Positions 18,642-28,274 of a stretch of DNA of 64,000 bases are shown piece after piece. The DNA is from an uncultured archaeon (lineage in GTDB: Archaea; Nanobdellota; Nanobdellia; Woesearchaeales; CAIVOO01): positions 34,130-98,129 of the forward strand of contig CAIVED010000012.1 in the NCBI GenBank assembly GCA_903904885.1, in the 5' to 3' direction. The notes beneath the pieces were generated by a model that saw only the letters and a list, made by a program, of their open reading frames with translations, searched no databases and was not told where the DNA came from. Positions within the stretch are counted from its first letter, which is position 1, and every line of letters starts with the position of its first letter. Position numbers and translations under genes: made by a program.

Positions 18642-20450
18642 TTATTTGGCAGCTTTTATCTTTGTGTTTACATCCTTCAAAAGTGTGTCAATGGCAGACT
18701 GGTCAACCTTTTTGTTGCTGGTCAATGCATTTACATAATTTTTGTCGTTTAATACTGACTTGACTTCTTGCCATGCTTTGTCATTATTTGAACTTGCATA
18801 GGTTCCCAGGGTTTTCATTATGCTCTGAGCCTGGTCTTTGGTTAGGTCATAGGAGCCCACAGTATTTTTTCCTGAGATGTACTTCCTCAGGCCGGCAATC
18901 CGGTCATTTTCATTGGCAACTGTATCAATCATGCTTGCAGATGTTACCGGTTTATATGTGGTCCCCATTGTTGCAGAAACCGTCCCCCGCCCAAGGGGCT
19001 GGTCAGTAACCTTATCGACAAGATTAACAGGGTGGGCATCTCCAACACTTTTGAAGCTTCCCCTTGTTATTTCCAAAATCTCGCCAAACTGTTTTGCATC
19101 AACTCCGCTGGCCATTATTTTAAACTCATCAGAGCCAGAGCCCTTTTCCATCCATATTTGAACTCCGGGGTGGGTATTCTCATATCCCTTAAGTTTTTGC
19201 GCAGCGTCCGCATAAAATGAATGGTAAACCTCATCAGCACTGCTTACTTTCAGATTCTTAAACAAATCCCTGGCATTGTCAATATCCCCGTCTGCCCTGA
19301 AATATGTTTTGCCGCTTCCGACTATTTCAGTTTGTTTAGCAAGGCTTGCCTGGTAATCATAGATTGCAATTGACGTTCCTTTAGCCGCATCATTAGCATT
19401 GCTCTCAAATCTGGCAGGCCTTTTTGCCATCTCATTAAGCATGTTCGCACGGTCCTCCACATTTTTCAGGAGAGCTGTGTTTGATGGGTCTTTCGAAAGC
19501 GCTGCCCTGGCATCATCCAGTTTTTTCTTCGCATCATCAACAAGGAACAGGCTGTCCGTCTGGGCTTCGGGAGGAATGAAGTTATGGTATTTATCCAAAA
19601 AGTTTGTTGCGTCTGTTGGGCTCATCCCGGCAGTCAACTGTTTGAAATCAAATGTCCCAGAACTTGTTTTCTGGTACTCTGCGGCAGCGCCTGCCTCCTG
19701 CAGCCCCTTGTAATAAAGATCCTTTGCATCAGTCCTGGCTATTCCCGCTTTGGGCGCTATTGTCGTTGTTCCCATTCTTAGGCTCCCGGTTATCCCTTCA
19801 TTAGCAAAAGGCGCCGGCAGTGACTTGGTGACATCTGATTGTATTTCTCCAATAGCTTTGCTCAGCTGTTCAGGGGTTATCCGATTGGATGTTACAATGA
19901 ATGAGCCAGAAGCTCCTCTTGAAACAATGGCATCCGGATCGAGCGCTGCCATCTTCTTTGTAATGGCATCGCTTGTTTTTTCTATCAGAACATTCCCTGA
20001 AAAATCCGCGGCCTCATGGCCTGCAAGGCTGTTTACAAATGTCAAATCCGCCAGCTCAAAGACAGCAATCGTTACCGGCTTCCCGTTGCCGCCCATAACC
20101 TGCTTGTAAATTGCATCAACAGAGCCCGAAACATATGTAGGCCTATTGGTCAAAGAGTCTACGCCTGAGTAAATTTCCTTTGAGGTTTTGCCTACAACGC
20201 TTTTTGACCCGGCGCCAGTGACTTCTCTTGCAGGATTCTGCACATCTTTAAAAGCAGTTTCAACACTTGCAGAGAACTGAAGGCATTCTGCCCCACCTCC
20301 AGCACCGCCCGCAGCAGCGCTTCCGGTTACACTAGCAACTGACCCGCTGCTTCTCGTCGCTGCAAAAATCATTCCGAGAACCAGCAGAAATGCCATGAAA
20401 AAAAGAATTTCAGACCTTGCCATCCGGTTTTTTATCATCTTCACCCGCAA
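18642..20450 (-). CDS. Large secreted hypothetical protein (602 aa)
   Basis: N-terminal hydrophobic signal. GSVASVTGSAAAGG...ECLQFSASVETAFKDVQNP is shared with 16895..17956. Confidence 0.55.
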   Translation of the reverse strand: MRVKMIKNRMARSEILFFMAFLLVLGMIFAATRSSGSVASVTGSAAAGGAGGGAECLQFSASVETAFKDVQNPAREVTGAGSKSVVGKTSKEIYSGVDSLTNRPTYVSGSVDAIYKQVMGGNGKPVTIAVFELADLTFVNSLAGHEAADFSGNVLIEKTSDAITKKMAALDPDAIVSRGASGSFIVTSNRITPEQLSKAIGEIQSDVTKSLPAPFANEGITGSLRMGTTTIAPKAGIARTDAKDLYYKGLQEAGAAAEYQKTSSGTFDFKQLTAGMSPTDATNFLDKYHNFIPPEAQTDSLFLVDDAKKKLDDARAALSKDPSNTALLKNVEDRANMLNEMAKRPARFESNANDAAKGTSIAIYDYQASLAKQTEIVGSGKTYFRADGDIDNARDLFKNLKVSSADEVYHSFYADAAQKLKGYENTHPGVQIWMEKGSGSDEFKIMASGVDAKQFGEILEITRGSFKSVGDAHPVNLVDKVTDQPLGRGTVSATMGTTYKPVTSASMIDTVANENDRIAGLRKYISGKNTVGSYDLTKDQAQSIMKTLGTYASSNNDKAWQEVKSVLNDKNYVNALTSNKKVDQSAIDTLLKDVNTKIKAAK

Positions 20451-23400
20451 GGAACATGGCTCCAGTCCTTAACAACATTTGGATCCTTCTCCTTAAGCTG
20501 GCTGAGTGTTGCAGCATCTATCTCTATTGTCCCCTTATCGGCATCATACTTTATGCTTGGGTTCTTTTCCACAAGTGCTTTCATATCACCTTTAACCCTT
20601 TTCGCCTCGGCAAACTCGTCTGCTATCGCTTTATTGGAGCCCTGCAAAACTGTTTCTGCATCCTTCTTTGCCTTAGTCTCTGCGTCCTTTTGCAAAGCCT
20701 CGATAGACTGAACAAGGTTAGAATCCTGAATTGTAATCTTTTTGCTCAATGAACCCTCTGCAAGTTCTTTGATGCTGGTTTGTAATGGTTTCCCTGCGGA
20801 TTCTGCTGCAATCTGGCCTGTTTTCTGGTCAACTGACTTAATGGTATATGTTACTCCATCTTTGATGAATGTTCTGCCTTCCCAAGAAGCTTTTGTTAAA
20901 ATGCTCTTTGCCGCTGGAAGGTTTCCTATGCAGGTGCCTATAAACAGGCACTCAGCCTGCGATGCCGTAAACTCAAAAAGCTTGGCGCCGATTCCTGTGT
21001 AGGCCCTGGTCAATAAATTCTGGCCGGCGGTTAGCGCCGCACTCTCAAAGCCAATCCTGCTCACTCCTGTCAATGCTGCTGAGGCAAGATTCTCTGCGCC
21101 AAAACCTACCGCAATCTGTATGGCTGCGCCTGCGGCATATTCCCCTGATGTTAGCTTTAACAGCTCAGCCCCCTGGACAAAGGGCATGTTAAAAAAGGTG
21201 GTTTTTGTCGGCATAGCTTCGGGCATATTAGGCTTTACGAGTGCCTCTACCACATCCCAGAATTGTGGGCCAACGTTTGTAATCACATTTTGTGGGTCCT
21301 CTCCTTTCCCAAGGCGCCGGAGTGCCTGGAATGCAGGATTAGCAACCCCGTTGGTCACTAGTTTACTTCCAAGCATGTCCAGAGTTTGCTGATCCTTTGT
21401 TGCCGGGAAAAGCTCTGCCACCAGTTCTCTCCTCCTCGTTGGGTCAGACAATGCTGATTGTATATCATCTATGCTCATACCACGTTTTGTATACAAGTTC
21501 ATGAATACCCCCATTGCCCAGGCTTGGCTGTTAAGGTTACTGTTCATCCAGGTTATAAGATCGGTCCTCGTTTGGAAATTTATTAAATTCGTGCCTGCTG
21601 TAGTAAACCCTGCAGCTTGACCGTAAGTTTCTTCAAATTTTTGCCGATTCTCAGTAATCTGGTTCTTTGCGTTTTGCTGTATCATTGACAATGATGCTAT
21701 TGTCACCTGCTTTTTTATATCCTGGGACTCCCCATAGAACGGGGAGTCCGGCTTAACCTTGGCAAAATAGCTTATCATCTGAGCATAAGATTCATCAGCG
21801 AATAAAACTTTATTTTCAGGCCTTAGCAAGTTATATCTGGCGAGTTCCAGTTTTCCGGCAGCGTAATTGTTGAAGTCCTGGTCGTTGAATTTTTTCATTT
21901 TTTGCAGTATGGTGTCTGCTTTTCCAAAATATTCACCCTTTTGGTTGTTAACTATGTAACTATTCAGCAAATCAGCGGCAATTTTAGTGTCCGGCTTTGC
22001 GCTTGCCGCAACAAAAAGGTCAAAATATGCCTGCTTGGCGTTAACTGATGCGCTGTCCTTGGAATTCTGGTCGTTATAGTTTGCATAGAGCTTGATTAAA
22101 TCTTCTGCAGCTTTGCAGTTGTTCGGAGTTTTGCAATTTTCCAGAATTTGCTGAGCATCAAATAACTTTTGGTATACCTTTGCATCCTCTGTCCCTGCTG
22201 CGTTTTTCAGAAGCTTCGCTTTTGTATCAGGGCTCAGTGATCTAACCGCGCTTAATAAACCATCACGGCTGTTAGAGCTAAGGCCCATAATTGCAGTCTT
22301 CTGCTGCGAGCTTACACTTGAAGCATCCCCTCCGAGAAGCTGTCTCATCCGGTCAGGCCCCAAAATATTTACATATTTGCCCTGGGAGCCTTCCAGGCCT
22401 TTTATCTGAGTTGCAACGGAGTTCTCAAGAAGCAACCCCTGTGAATTCAGCCCGAGATAAACAGTCCCCTTCACATCGCTCAAAAGAAAATCCTTGCCTC
22501 CGCCGGGAACTATGTTCCATCCTTTGTTTGCTGCATCCCCGAATGCGCCGAGGGTTTCTCCTGAAAGTTTTACGTTTAATTTATCGCCTGTTTTCGAGAG
22601 ATCCATGGAAACTGCCTTGTCTTTATTTGTATCTTTGTTCCCGTTGAAGAACTTTGCATCCACATCCAGATGCATGAACTTTTTGGAATTTCCAGGCCCG
22701 TCCACGGTCATTGCATTGGCAGTGGGTGTTGAAACAAGGGACATTTTTATAAGTTGAGGATTTTCCCCATTGCCGTATACAGTTGTGTCCGCCTTCAGCT
22801 CACGGACTCCCTTGTCATTGTATGTTTCAAACTTGAACCTCCCGAGGGAAGTTGTAAGAAAAACATTTTGCCTGTTGGGGTCCGGTCCCCTGTAAAAGCT
22901 TGCCTCGGCCCCTGCGCTCTGGTAGGCGTATGCGAGGGCGGGGCTGCTGATTTTACCCTGGGATTTCAAAGACATGGAATTGTCAGCCTTGCCTGCCTTA
23001 AAGCTGACATAGCCATTTGAAGTTATAATGTAATCGTTTCCCATGGTCTTGTACCATATTTCTCCCCCGAAATTAGGGGGTTTTGGCGGAGGGTTTGCCT
23101 TTGCCGCCTCGGCTCTTTTATCAATCTCCGCAGGGGTAAGCGGAGTGGTTTTCCCGCCATCTGTATGGCCCGCATCTCCCGGAAGATACTCTGAATGAAC
23201 AACTACATTATATCCTGCTGTTGATATGGCAAGGTCCTTGCCGTTTGGGTTGAACTGCACAAAACTGCTCTGCTTGCCATTCAAAAAGAAAAGGCTGGTG
23301 TCATCACCTTTCTTTTCAAAACTTCCGTCATAAAGCCTGAATCTTCCGGTGTCATAAACTTTCGCACCCTGTGAACGGATTGTGTTTCCCTCATTCTCAA

Positions 23401-24055
23401 TGGATAATTTGCCCGTTGCATCGAACTGATAGTTCCCACCCCTGCCGGAATAGCTTCCCTTCATTCCTTCCACAACAATCCCGTCTTTTGTAAAGACTAT
23501 TTTCGACTTCGACTTGTCTCCGGCGGGAACCTCCAGCAAAGCCCTTTCAGTGGTCTTGGTATTTGTCAAGGAAAGCTTGCCGTCCTTGTCCTTGCCTATG
23601 TCGTTCTTATTGCCGGTCTTCCCTCCAACCAGAACGCCATTGACAAGAAATGCATCGTTAGGCAAGGCTTTTACGTCATCGCCCGTCTTGAAATTCTGCA
23701 GCGCAATTCGCGTATTGCCGTTTCTAAGGTAGGTAACGCCGCCAGCCGACTCTACGCTTATTGGGGAGGGGCTGCTGGTTCCTGTGCTGCTGATCAGGTC
23801 CCTTATGTTAATTGCTGCGCCATTCGCTACCTTGCTAAAATAAGTTTCTGCTCGTTGGGGATTGGCTCTTATGTTATTGGCAGAAGCAACGAAACTCTCA
23901 TCTGATTGGACAGTGGTAGGTTCAGGCTGATGAAGCCCTCCGGAACTGGGAACCGCGGTCTCCGGAGGATAGAGTGGATGCCCCTGCGCATAAACAAAAT
24001 GAACAGCTACGACTAAAATAATTGCCAGCAAAATGATTTTTTTATTCAATATCAT
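20441..24055 (-). CDS. Giant secreted/surface protein (1204 aa), unknown function
   Basis: Signal MILNKKIILLAIILVVAVHFVYAQG. Long low-complexity, beta-rich body. Translationally coupled to the upstream pilin-like gene (4-nt overlap). Confidence 0.6.
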   Translation of the reverse strand: MILNKKIILLAIILVVAVHFVYAQGHPLYPPETAVPSSGGLHQPEPTTVQSDESFVASANNIRANPQRAETYFSKVANGAAINIRDLISSTGTSSPSPISVESAGGVTYLRNGNTRIALQNFKTGDDVKALPNDAFLVNGVLVGGKTGNKNDIGKDKDGKLSLTNTKTTERALLEVPAGDKSKSKIVFTKDGIVVEGMKGSYSGRGGNYQFDATGKLSIENEGNTIRSQGAKVYDTGRFRLYDGSFEKKGDDTSLFFLNGKQSSFVQFNPNGKDLAISTAGYNVVVHSEYLPGDAGHTDGGKTTPLTPAEIDKRAEAAKANPPPKPPNFGGEIWYKTMGNDYIITSNGYVSFKAGKADNSMSLKSQGKISSPALAYAYQSAGAEASFYRGPDPNRQNVFLTTSLGRFKFETYNDKGVRELKADTTVYGNGENPQLIKMSLVSTPTANAMTVDGPGNSKKFMHLDVDAKFFNGNKDTNKDKAVSMDLSKTGDKLNVKLSGETLGAFGDAANKGWNIVPGGGKDFLLSDVKGTVYLGLNSQGLLLENSVATQIKGLEGSQGKYVNILGPDRMRQLLGGDASSVSSQQKTAIMGLSSNSRDGLLSAVRSLSPDTKAKLLKNAAGTEDAKVYQKLFDAQQILENCKTPNNCKAAEDLIKLYANYNDQNSKDSASVNAKQAYFDLFVAASAKPDTKIAADLLNSYIVNNQKGEYFGKADTILQKMKKFNDQDFNNYAAGKLELARYNLLRPENKVLFADESYAQMISYFAKVKPDSPFYGESQDIKKQVTIASLSMIQQNAKNQITENRQKFEETYGQAAGFTTAGTNLINFQTRTDLITWMNSNLNSQAWAMGVFMNLYTKRGMSIDDIQSALSDPTRRRELVAELFPATKDQQTLDMLGSKLVTNGVANPAFQALRRLGKGEDPQNVITNVGPQFWDVVEALVKPNMPEAMPTKTTFFNMPFVQGAELLKLTSGEYAAGAAIQIAVGFGAENLASAALTGVSRIGFESAALTAGQNLLTRAYTGIGAKLFEFTASQAECLFIGTCIGNLPAAKSILTKASWEGRTFIKDGVTYTIKSVDQKTGQIAAESAGKPLQTSIKELAEGSLSKKITIQDSNLVQSIEALQKDAETKAKKDAETVLQGSNKAIADEFAEAKRVKGDMKALVEKNPSIKYDADKGTIEIDAATLSQLKEKDPNVVKDWSHVPCG

Positions 24056-25092
24056 GATGGCTCCTCTATGTTTACCGGTGTCAAGCCTGCCACAACATTA
24101 AACACAACCACCTGCTCTGCCTTTCCTCCCTTGCCGTCATCTGCAGTTACGGTTACCCTGTACTCCCCGGGTGCAGGGGCAGTTGTGCTTATCTCCCCGG
24201 TGTCGGGATTGATTGGAAATTCCGGCGAATCTGTGGAAAAAGTTATATTGTCCCCGTCGGGGTCTGTTGCAACTGCCTTGGCATAAACGCTGCTCCCTGA
24301 AACAAATGCAAGGCTCTCCATATCCTCCATAACCGGAGCGCTGTTGGTTGACAGTTCGTAGGCGAACAGGAACATGTAGGTCCTGTTGTCAATGACCGTG
24401 GAGTTGTCAACGAGCGCAAAAATAAGCGTGTCCCCTGAAACCGGCAGGAGGTTGACATTAAGGCTCGGGAAAAAAAGGTCTGTAATGGTTATTCCCCCCC
24501 GGCTGTTGTCAATTATTTGAGAGGCAACATCATGATAGTATCCCAATTTTATCGGGACAGTGGAGTAAAAGCTTTTGAGGCTGCTGCTTTTTCCCAGGCT
24601 TCTCACCTCAATAGGATAGTTAACAGCAAACTGGACCTTGTCCTGGAATATTGTCGCATTTACAGTAATGTTTCCCTCGCTTATTTCAGTGCCCTCTTTT
24701 TTGAAATCCTCAAATCCTGCAGTGCACAGGGGAATAAACTCTTTCAGGTAATCTGATATTTCAGCCTGCATAGCCTCAATTGTCGGCAGGGTTGTGCTAT
24801 TTCCCGAGAATCCGTAGCCTATTGTAAAAATATCGCTGTCATAGGAATTTGCCGGCGGGTTTATGTAGCCGCCCTGCTCGCCAAGCAAATATATCCCAGG
24901 CACGGCTGTTTTCTGTATGCATTGCTCGACAAAGATTTGCAGCGGCCTAACATCCGCAGAAACCACTTCTCTCCCAGCGGTCGTTGTTGCCTGCTGGACC
25001 TGCATCTGCCTGGTGTAGATAAATACGCCAATTACAGCAATAAGAACCAGCCCTATTACAACAAATGTTGTTATCTGCCCTCTTTTTCCCAT
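24052..25092 (-). CDS. Type IV pilin-like protein (class III signal peptide) with a C-terminal Ig/cadherin-like domain
   Basis: MGKRGQ|ITTFVVIGLVLIAVIGVFIY fits the K/R-G cleavage context of archaeal prepilin peptidases. C-terminal ATDPDGDNITF...VTADDGKGG is an Ig-like repeat. Confidence 0.55.
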   Translation of the reverse strand: MGKRGQITTFVVIGLVLIAVIGVFIYTRQMQVQQATTTAGREVVSADVRPLQIFVEQCIQKTAVPGIYLLGEQGGYINPPANSYDSDIFTIGYGFSGNSTTLPTIEAMQAEISDYLKEFIPLCTAGFEDFKKEGTEISEGNITVNATIFQDKVQFAVNYPIEVRSLGKSSSLKSFYSTVPIKLGYYHDVASQIIDNSRGGITITDLFFPSLNVNLLPVSGDTLIFALVDNSTVIDNRTYMFLFAYELSTNSAPVMEDMESLAFVSGSSVYAKAVATDPDGDNITFSTDSPEFPINPDTGEISTTAPAPGEYRVTVTADDGKGGKAEQVVVFNVVAGLTPVNIEEPS

Positions 25093-25189
25093 GGTTAGGA
25101 ATAGTTTTTGTTTTGATTATTTAAACGTTTTCCCCGAGGATATTTGATGCTTATTTTGCCATATTGTAAATAAATATGGATAGTCACTT

Positions 25190-25221
25190 CATAGTGACAA
25201 AAATAGAAAGGTTTAAATAGT
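25190..25221 (+). promoter_or_regulatory. Extended promoter motif copy 4
   Basis: TCATAGTGACAAAAATAGAAAGGTTTAAATAGTGG, upstream of 25242. Preceded by a GTCAC..GTGAC palindrome. Confidence 0.5.
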
Positions 25222-25241
25222 GGGGGGCCATAAAGCAGCCT

Positions 25242-26264
25242 ATGGACAGGAGAGAATGGCTTAGGACAGGAGTAGTCGCAACTGGCGTGAGTTTGGCGCT
25301 TTCAGTTGGATTAGGCCAGGAGTATAATAATCATGATTCTTCCAATGAATCAGGCAGACCTAAACAAATCGCAGAAGACCCAAATTTTAGATATTTGGTC
25401 AGGGAGCTTTTGCCGGCCCTTATAATTGCAAGCTATGAGAAAGACATCCACAGGAGCAAGGAGAATGAAAGTCTGTACATCGAACATGAGCATCCGTTCC
25501 TAATGTCCAAAAATCATGCAGTGTTGGATGAGAGATACAAACATCTGCTGGATAAATTAAGCAAGGTTGAAAGCAAAACCGGGATTTTTTTAAGCGATGC
25601 CGATAATGCCGCAAAAGCCTTGAGAAAAAGAGGCTATGCTTATCGCTGCGAACATTCTGTGCTTGATGATAAAATAAATACCTTCACTTTTGGAAACATA
25701 ACAGCGGATAAAGCGATTGTTAATCAGGACTGGGGGAAGAATGAAAAAAGAAATGTTGTGTACTTCCGGGATATAGTCCCTATTTTTGAGAAATATGTAA
25801 ATTTCAGGAATAGCGGCGGAATGAGAGACACAGAAGATAACTTGCTGTACATAAATCAAACTGCGCTTGAGGAGTATGCCGCAAGAATATTTAACAGTGA
25901 CCTAAAAGAGGCCAGAAAAAATCCGGCTGAGTTTGCAAATCATATGCTTCTCCGGGAATTCGAAGGGGACTCAATAGAACAGATTTTTGGCAAGATACAG
26001 GAATCTGTGACCCACCATGAAATGAATCATGGGGGGGAGGTTGAGGCACAGCTTTCCGAGCTTGAATACGGCACAACATTCCTTTCACTGGGCACGCTTT
26101 ACAAATCATTAAACAATAATAACAGTGACCAGATAAAACATGAAGCAGCCAAGATAATCTTCGGCAGGTTCAAGCAGAAAGGCTACAATCCGGAAGACCT
26201 GTTGTCAATGAGCCGGGAGAAAATAAAACGCATTGTTCTGGCAATTCATGATTCTGCAAATTAA
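25242..26264 (+). CDS. TAT-signal secreted protein with an HExxH motif (possible zinc metallopeptidase)
   Basis: RREWLRTGVVATGVSLALS and HHEMNHGGE. Confidence 0.45.
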   Translation: MDRREWLRTGVVATGVSLALSVGLGQEYNNHDSSNESGRPKQIAEDPNFRYLVRELLPALIIASYEKDIHRSKENESLYIEHEHPFLMSKNHAVLDERYKHLLDKLSKVESKTGIFLSDADNAAKALRKRGYAYRCEHSVLDDKINTFTFGNITADKAIVNQDWGKNEKRNVVYFRDIVPIFEKYVNFRNSGGMRDTEDNLLYINQTALEEYAARIFNSDLKEARKNPAEFANHMLLREFEGDSIEQIFGKIQESVTHHEMNHGGEVEAQLSELEYGTTFLSLGTLYKSLNNNNSDQIKHEAAKIIFGRFKQKGYNPEDLLSMSREKIKRIVLAIHDSAN

Positions 26265-28228
26265 CATTTAGCACAGTTCTTATCACTTACATCAGGTTCG
26301 CTGTAAGCAGCACCACAGCCTGCAGCGTTGCCGCTCGCAAAATAGAGCTTAACTACACCACAGGTAGTAGCAGGATGGTATATCACCCTGCAGCATCTCT
26401 CTCTGTGCGGAGTTGAAGGAGAATCGTCCCCATATACTTTATATCTCGCCCCCTGATTATCTGATGGTGCGATAGTAAACTGTTCTGCAGCCTTGCGCTC
26501 ATCAATTCTTTTCTGAAGATCGTCTGACTGTCTTTTTGCTTCAGCCTCTTGTTTTGCCTGTTCCTTGAAATAACTGCTTGGCGCAAGAGCCCCCGCAACC
26601 TTATTCCCATTCATAAAGTTAGAAGATGCCTGCATTAAATTCTCATTGGTACAGGCATCTTTTCGTCTCGTATCGCTCCATCCAGCATACATAATATCAC
26701 ACACTGGCTGGTCAGGATTGGGAGGCGCTAATCCCTTATACTGGTAATTTTGATAATAAGCTCCGGTAGGCTTCTGATAGTAATCAGCTAGCAAAGCATT
26801 TTGTACAGCAGTCCTCACTTCTTCAACAGTTTTGTCGTTATTTGTTGCATCTGTAATTTTCAGGAAGAATGCATTTTTTGGATTATCCCCATATTGAACA
26901 TAAGCCCAGTTTCCAAAAAGCTTAAGTTTGACGTCCATAGCTTTTTTGCCTGTTGAGGGATCAGAAACAGTCAAACCTTTGATACCTTTATCGGGCTGCT
27001 TAACATCTGTAACCTGTGTTAATTTTGTCACTCCTGTGCATTCTCTTGGAGGACCTTCCCCCGCCGTAGCCTGCCCCGTAATTGGATTAACACTGCAACT
27101 ACCCCCTTCTTTATTACACTGGCAGTCCCCATTAACACAGCTATAGCTTGAAAAAGGCTCGCCTGCTACAGAAAGATTAAGTGATTTTATTGAGTTGAGC
27201 ATTATGTTGTCTACAGCGTCAATTCCATTCTTGGAAGCAATAATTGTATTTACTGACTCTCCTATTTTCTCATTTATTACTATCGGAGCGCCTGTATCTT
27301 TGTCCACATTAAGTTTCAAGTTGTCATAGGGCCCTAAATAGTTTCCTCCAGCATCCTTTGTTGCCGAATAGCTTGCGCTTATGAGCGCTGCCTGGGCGCC
27401 GTCATTTGAAATTGACAAATCCTTGCCTGTTATGTCAACGCAATTCGTAGAAACCTTGCAGCCGCTTTTGTCAAATGAGAATGAGAATGAGTCTGTGCCG
27501 ACAACACCAAAGTCAGAATTATACTTGCTGTTGACATGTATGCTGCCTTCAACCTTGAATGTTCCGTCATTTTGGGGCGTTATTTTTCCGCCGGTTAAAT
27601 CTATTGTTTTGCCATGGCCATCATTAAGCTTTCCTTGAGATATTGAACCGGAAGAGTCTATCACAACCGGCTTGCCCGTTGAATCAGAAGTGTAGTTTGT
27701 CTTCTTGTCCGGCGATAAAATCAAAAGATTTCCATCGCTGTCAACCTTGAATGTGTACCCCGCCTTAGCCATATTGGCAAGCCCCTCTGTTGTAAACGTA
27801 TCGCCGTTTGCTGTGGTGAATGTGCCATCGGCATTGCGCCTAGCCATTCCATTATCCGCAACAGTTATTTGGATAGCTCCGCTGCTCTTGGTCTGTAAAT
27901 AAACAGTTGCTGCCTTGCCGTCCTTAAGCACTGATGGGTCACGTGCAGCAGCAGTTTCATAGGCTGCAGGATTAGTGCCTGCAATAGCCGGGTCTGCTTT
28001 GATTGCTGCCTTGTATGCATCAATGTTTTGCGTTAAATCATAATCCGGATGATTTTGGAGATATTGCGCATACCCCTGAGGATTATCCCGGGCATAGGCA
28101 ACCTGGTCTTGAGGGTTCAGTTCATTAAATTGCTGATCTTGGGCATAATTAATCTTTGTATTTAATATTAATATAGAGGATACTAAGATAACAAGCGCCA
28201 TTAACCCAAAAACAATACTTTTCTTCAT
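26261..28228 (-). CDS. Large secreted protein (655 aa), Cys-rich C-terminus
   Basis: Signal MKKSIVFGLMALVILVSSILIL. G/T/S/N-rich beta-type composition. Confidence 0.55.
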   Translation of the reverse strand: MKKSIVFGLMALVILVSSILILNTKINYAQDQQFNELNPQDQVAYARDNPQGYAQYLQNHPDYDLTQNIDAYKAAIKADPAIAGTNPAAYETAAARDPSVLKDGKAATVYLQTKSSGAIQITVADNGMARRNADGTFTTANGDTFTTEGLANMAKAGYTFKVDSDGNLLILSPDKKTNYTSDSTGKPVVIDSSGSISQGKLNDGHGKTIDLTGGKITPQNDGTFKVEGSIHVNSKYNSDFGVVGTDSFSFSFDKSGCKVSTNCVDITGKDLSISNDGAQAALISASYSATKDAGGNYLGPYDNLKLNVDKDTGAPIVINEKIGESVNTIIASKNGIDAVDNIMLNSIKSLNLSVAGEPFSSYSCVNGDCQCNKEGGSCSVNPITGQATAGEGPPRECTGVTKLTQVTDVKQPDKGIKGLTVSDPSTGKKAMDVKLKLFGNWAYVQYGDNPKNAFFLKITDATNNDKTVEEVRTAVQNALLADYYQKPTGAYYQNYQYKGLAPPNPDQPVCDIMYAGWSDTRRKDACTNENLMQASSNFMNGNKVAGALAPSSYFKEQAKQEAEAKRQSDDLQKRIDERKAAEQFTIAPSDNQGARYKVYGDDSPSTPHRERCCRVIYHPATTCGVVKLYFASGNAAGCGAAYSEPDVSDKNCAKC

Positions 28229-28274
28229 GTTCTCAAACTTTTTATTATCTACTGTTATTTATATTTTACTACTC

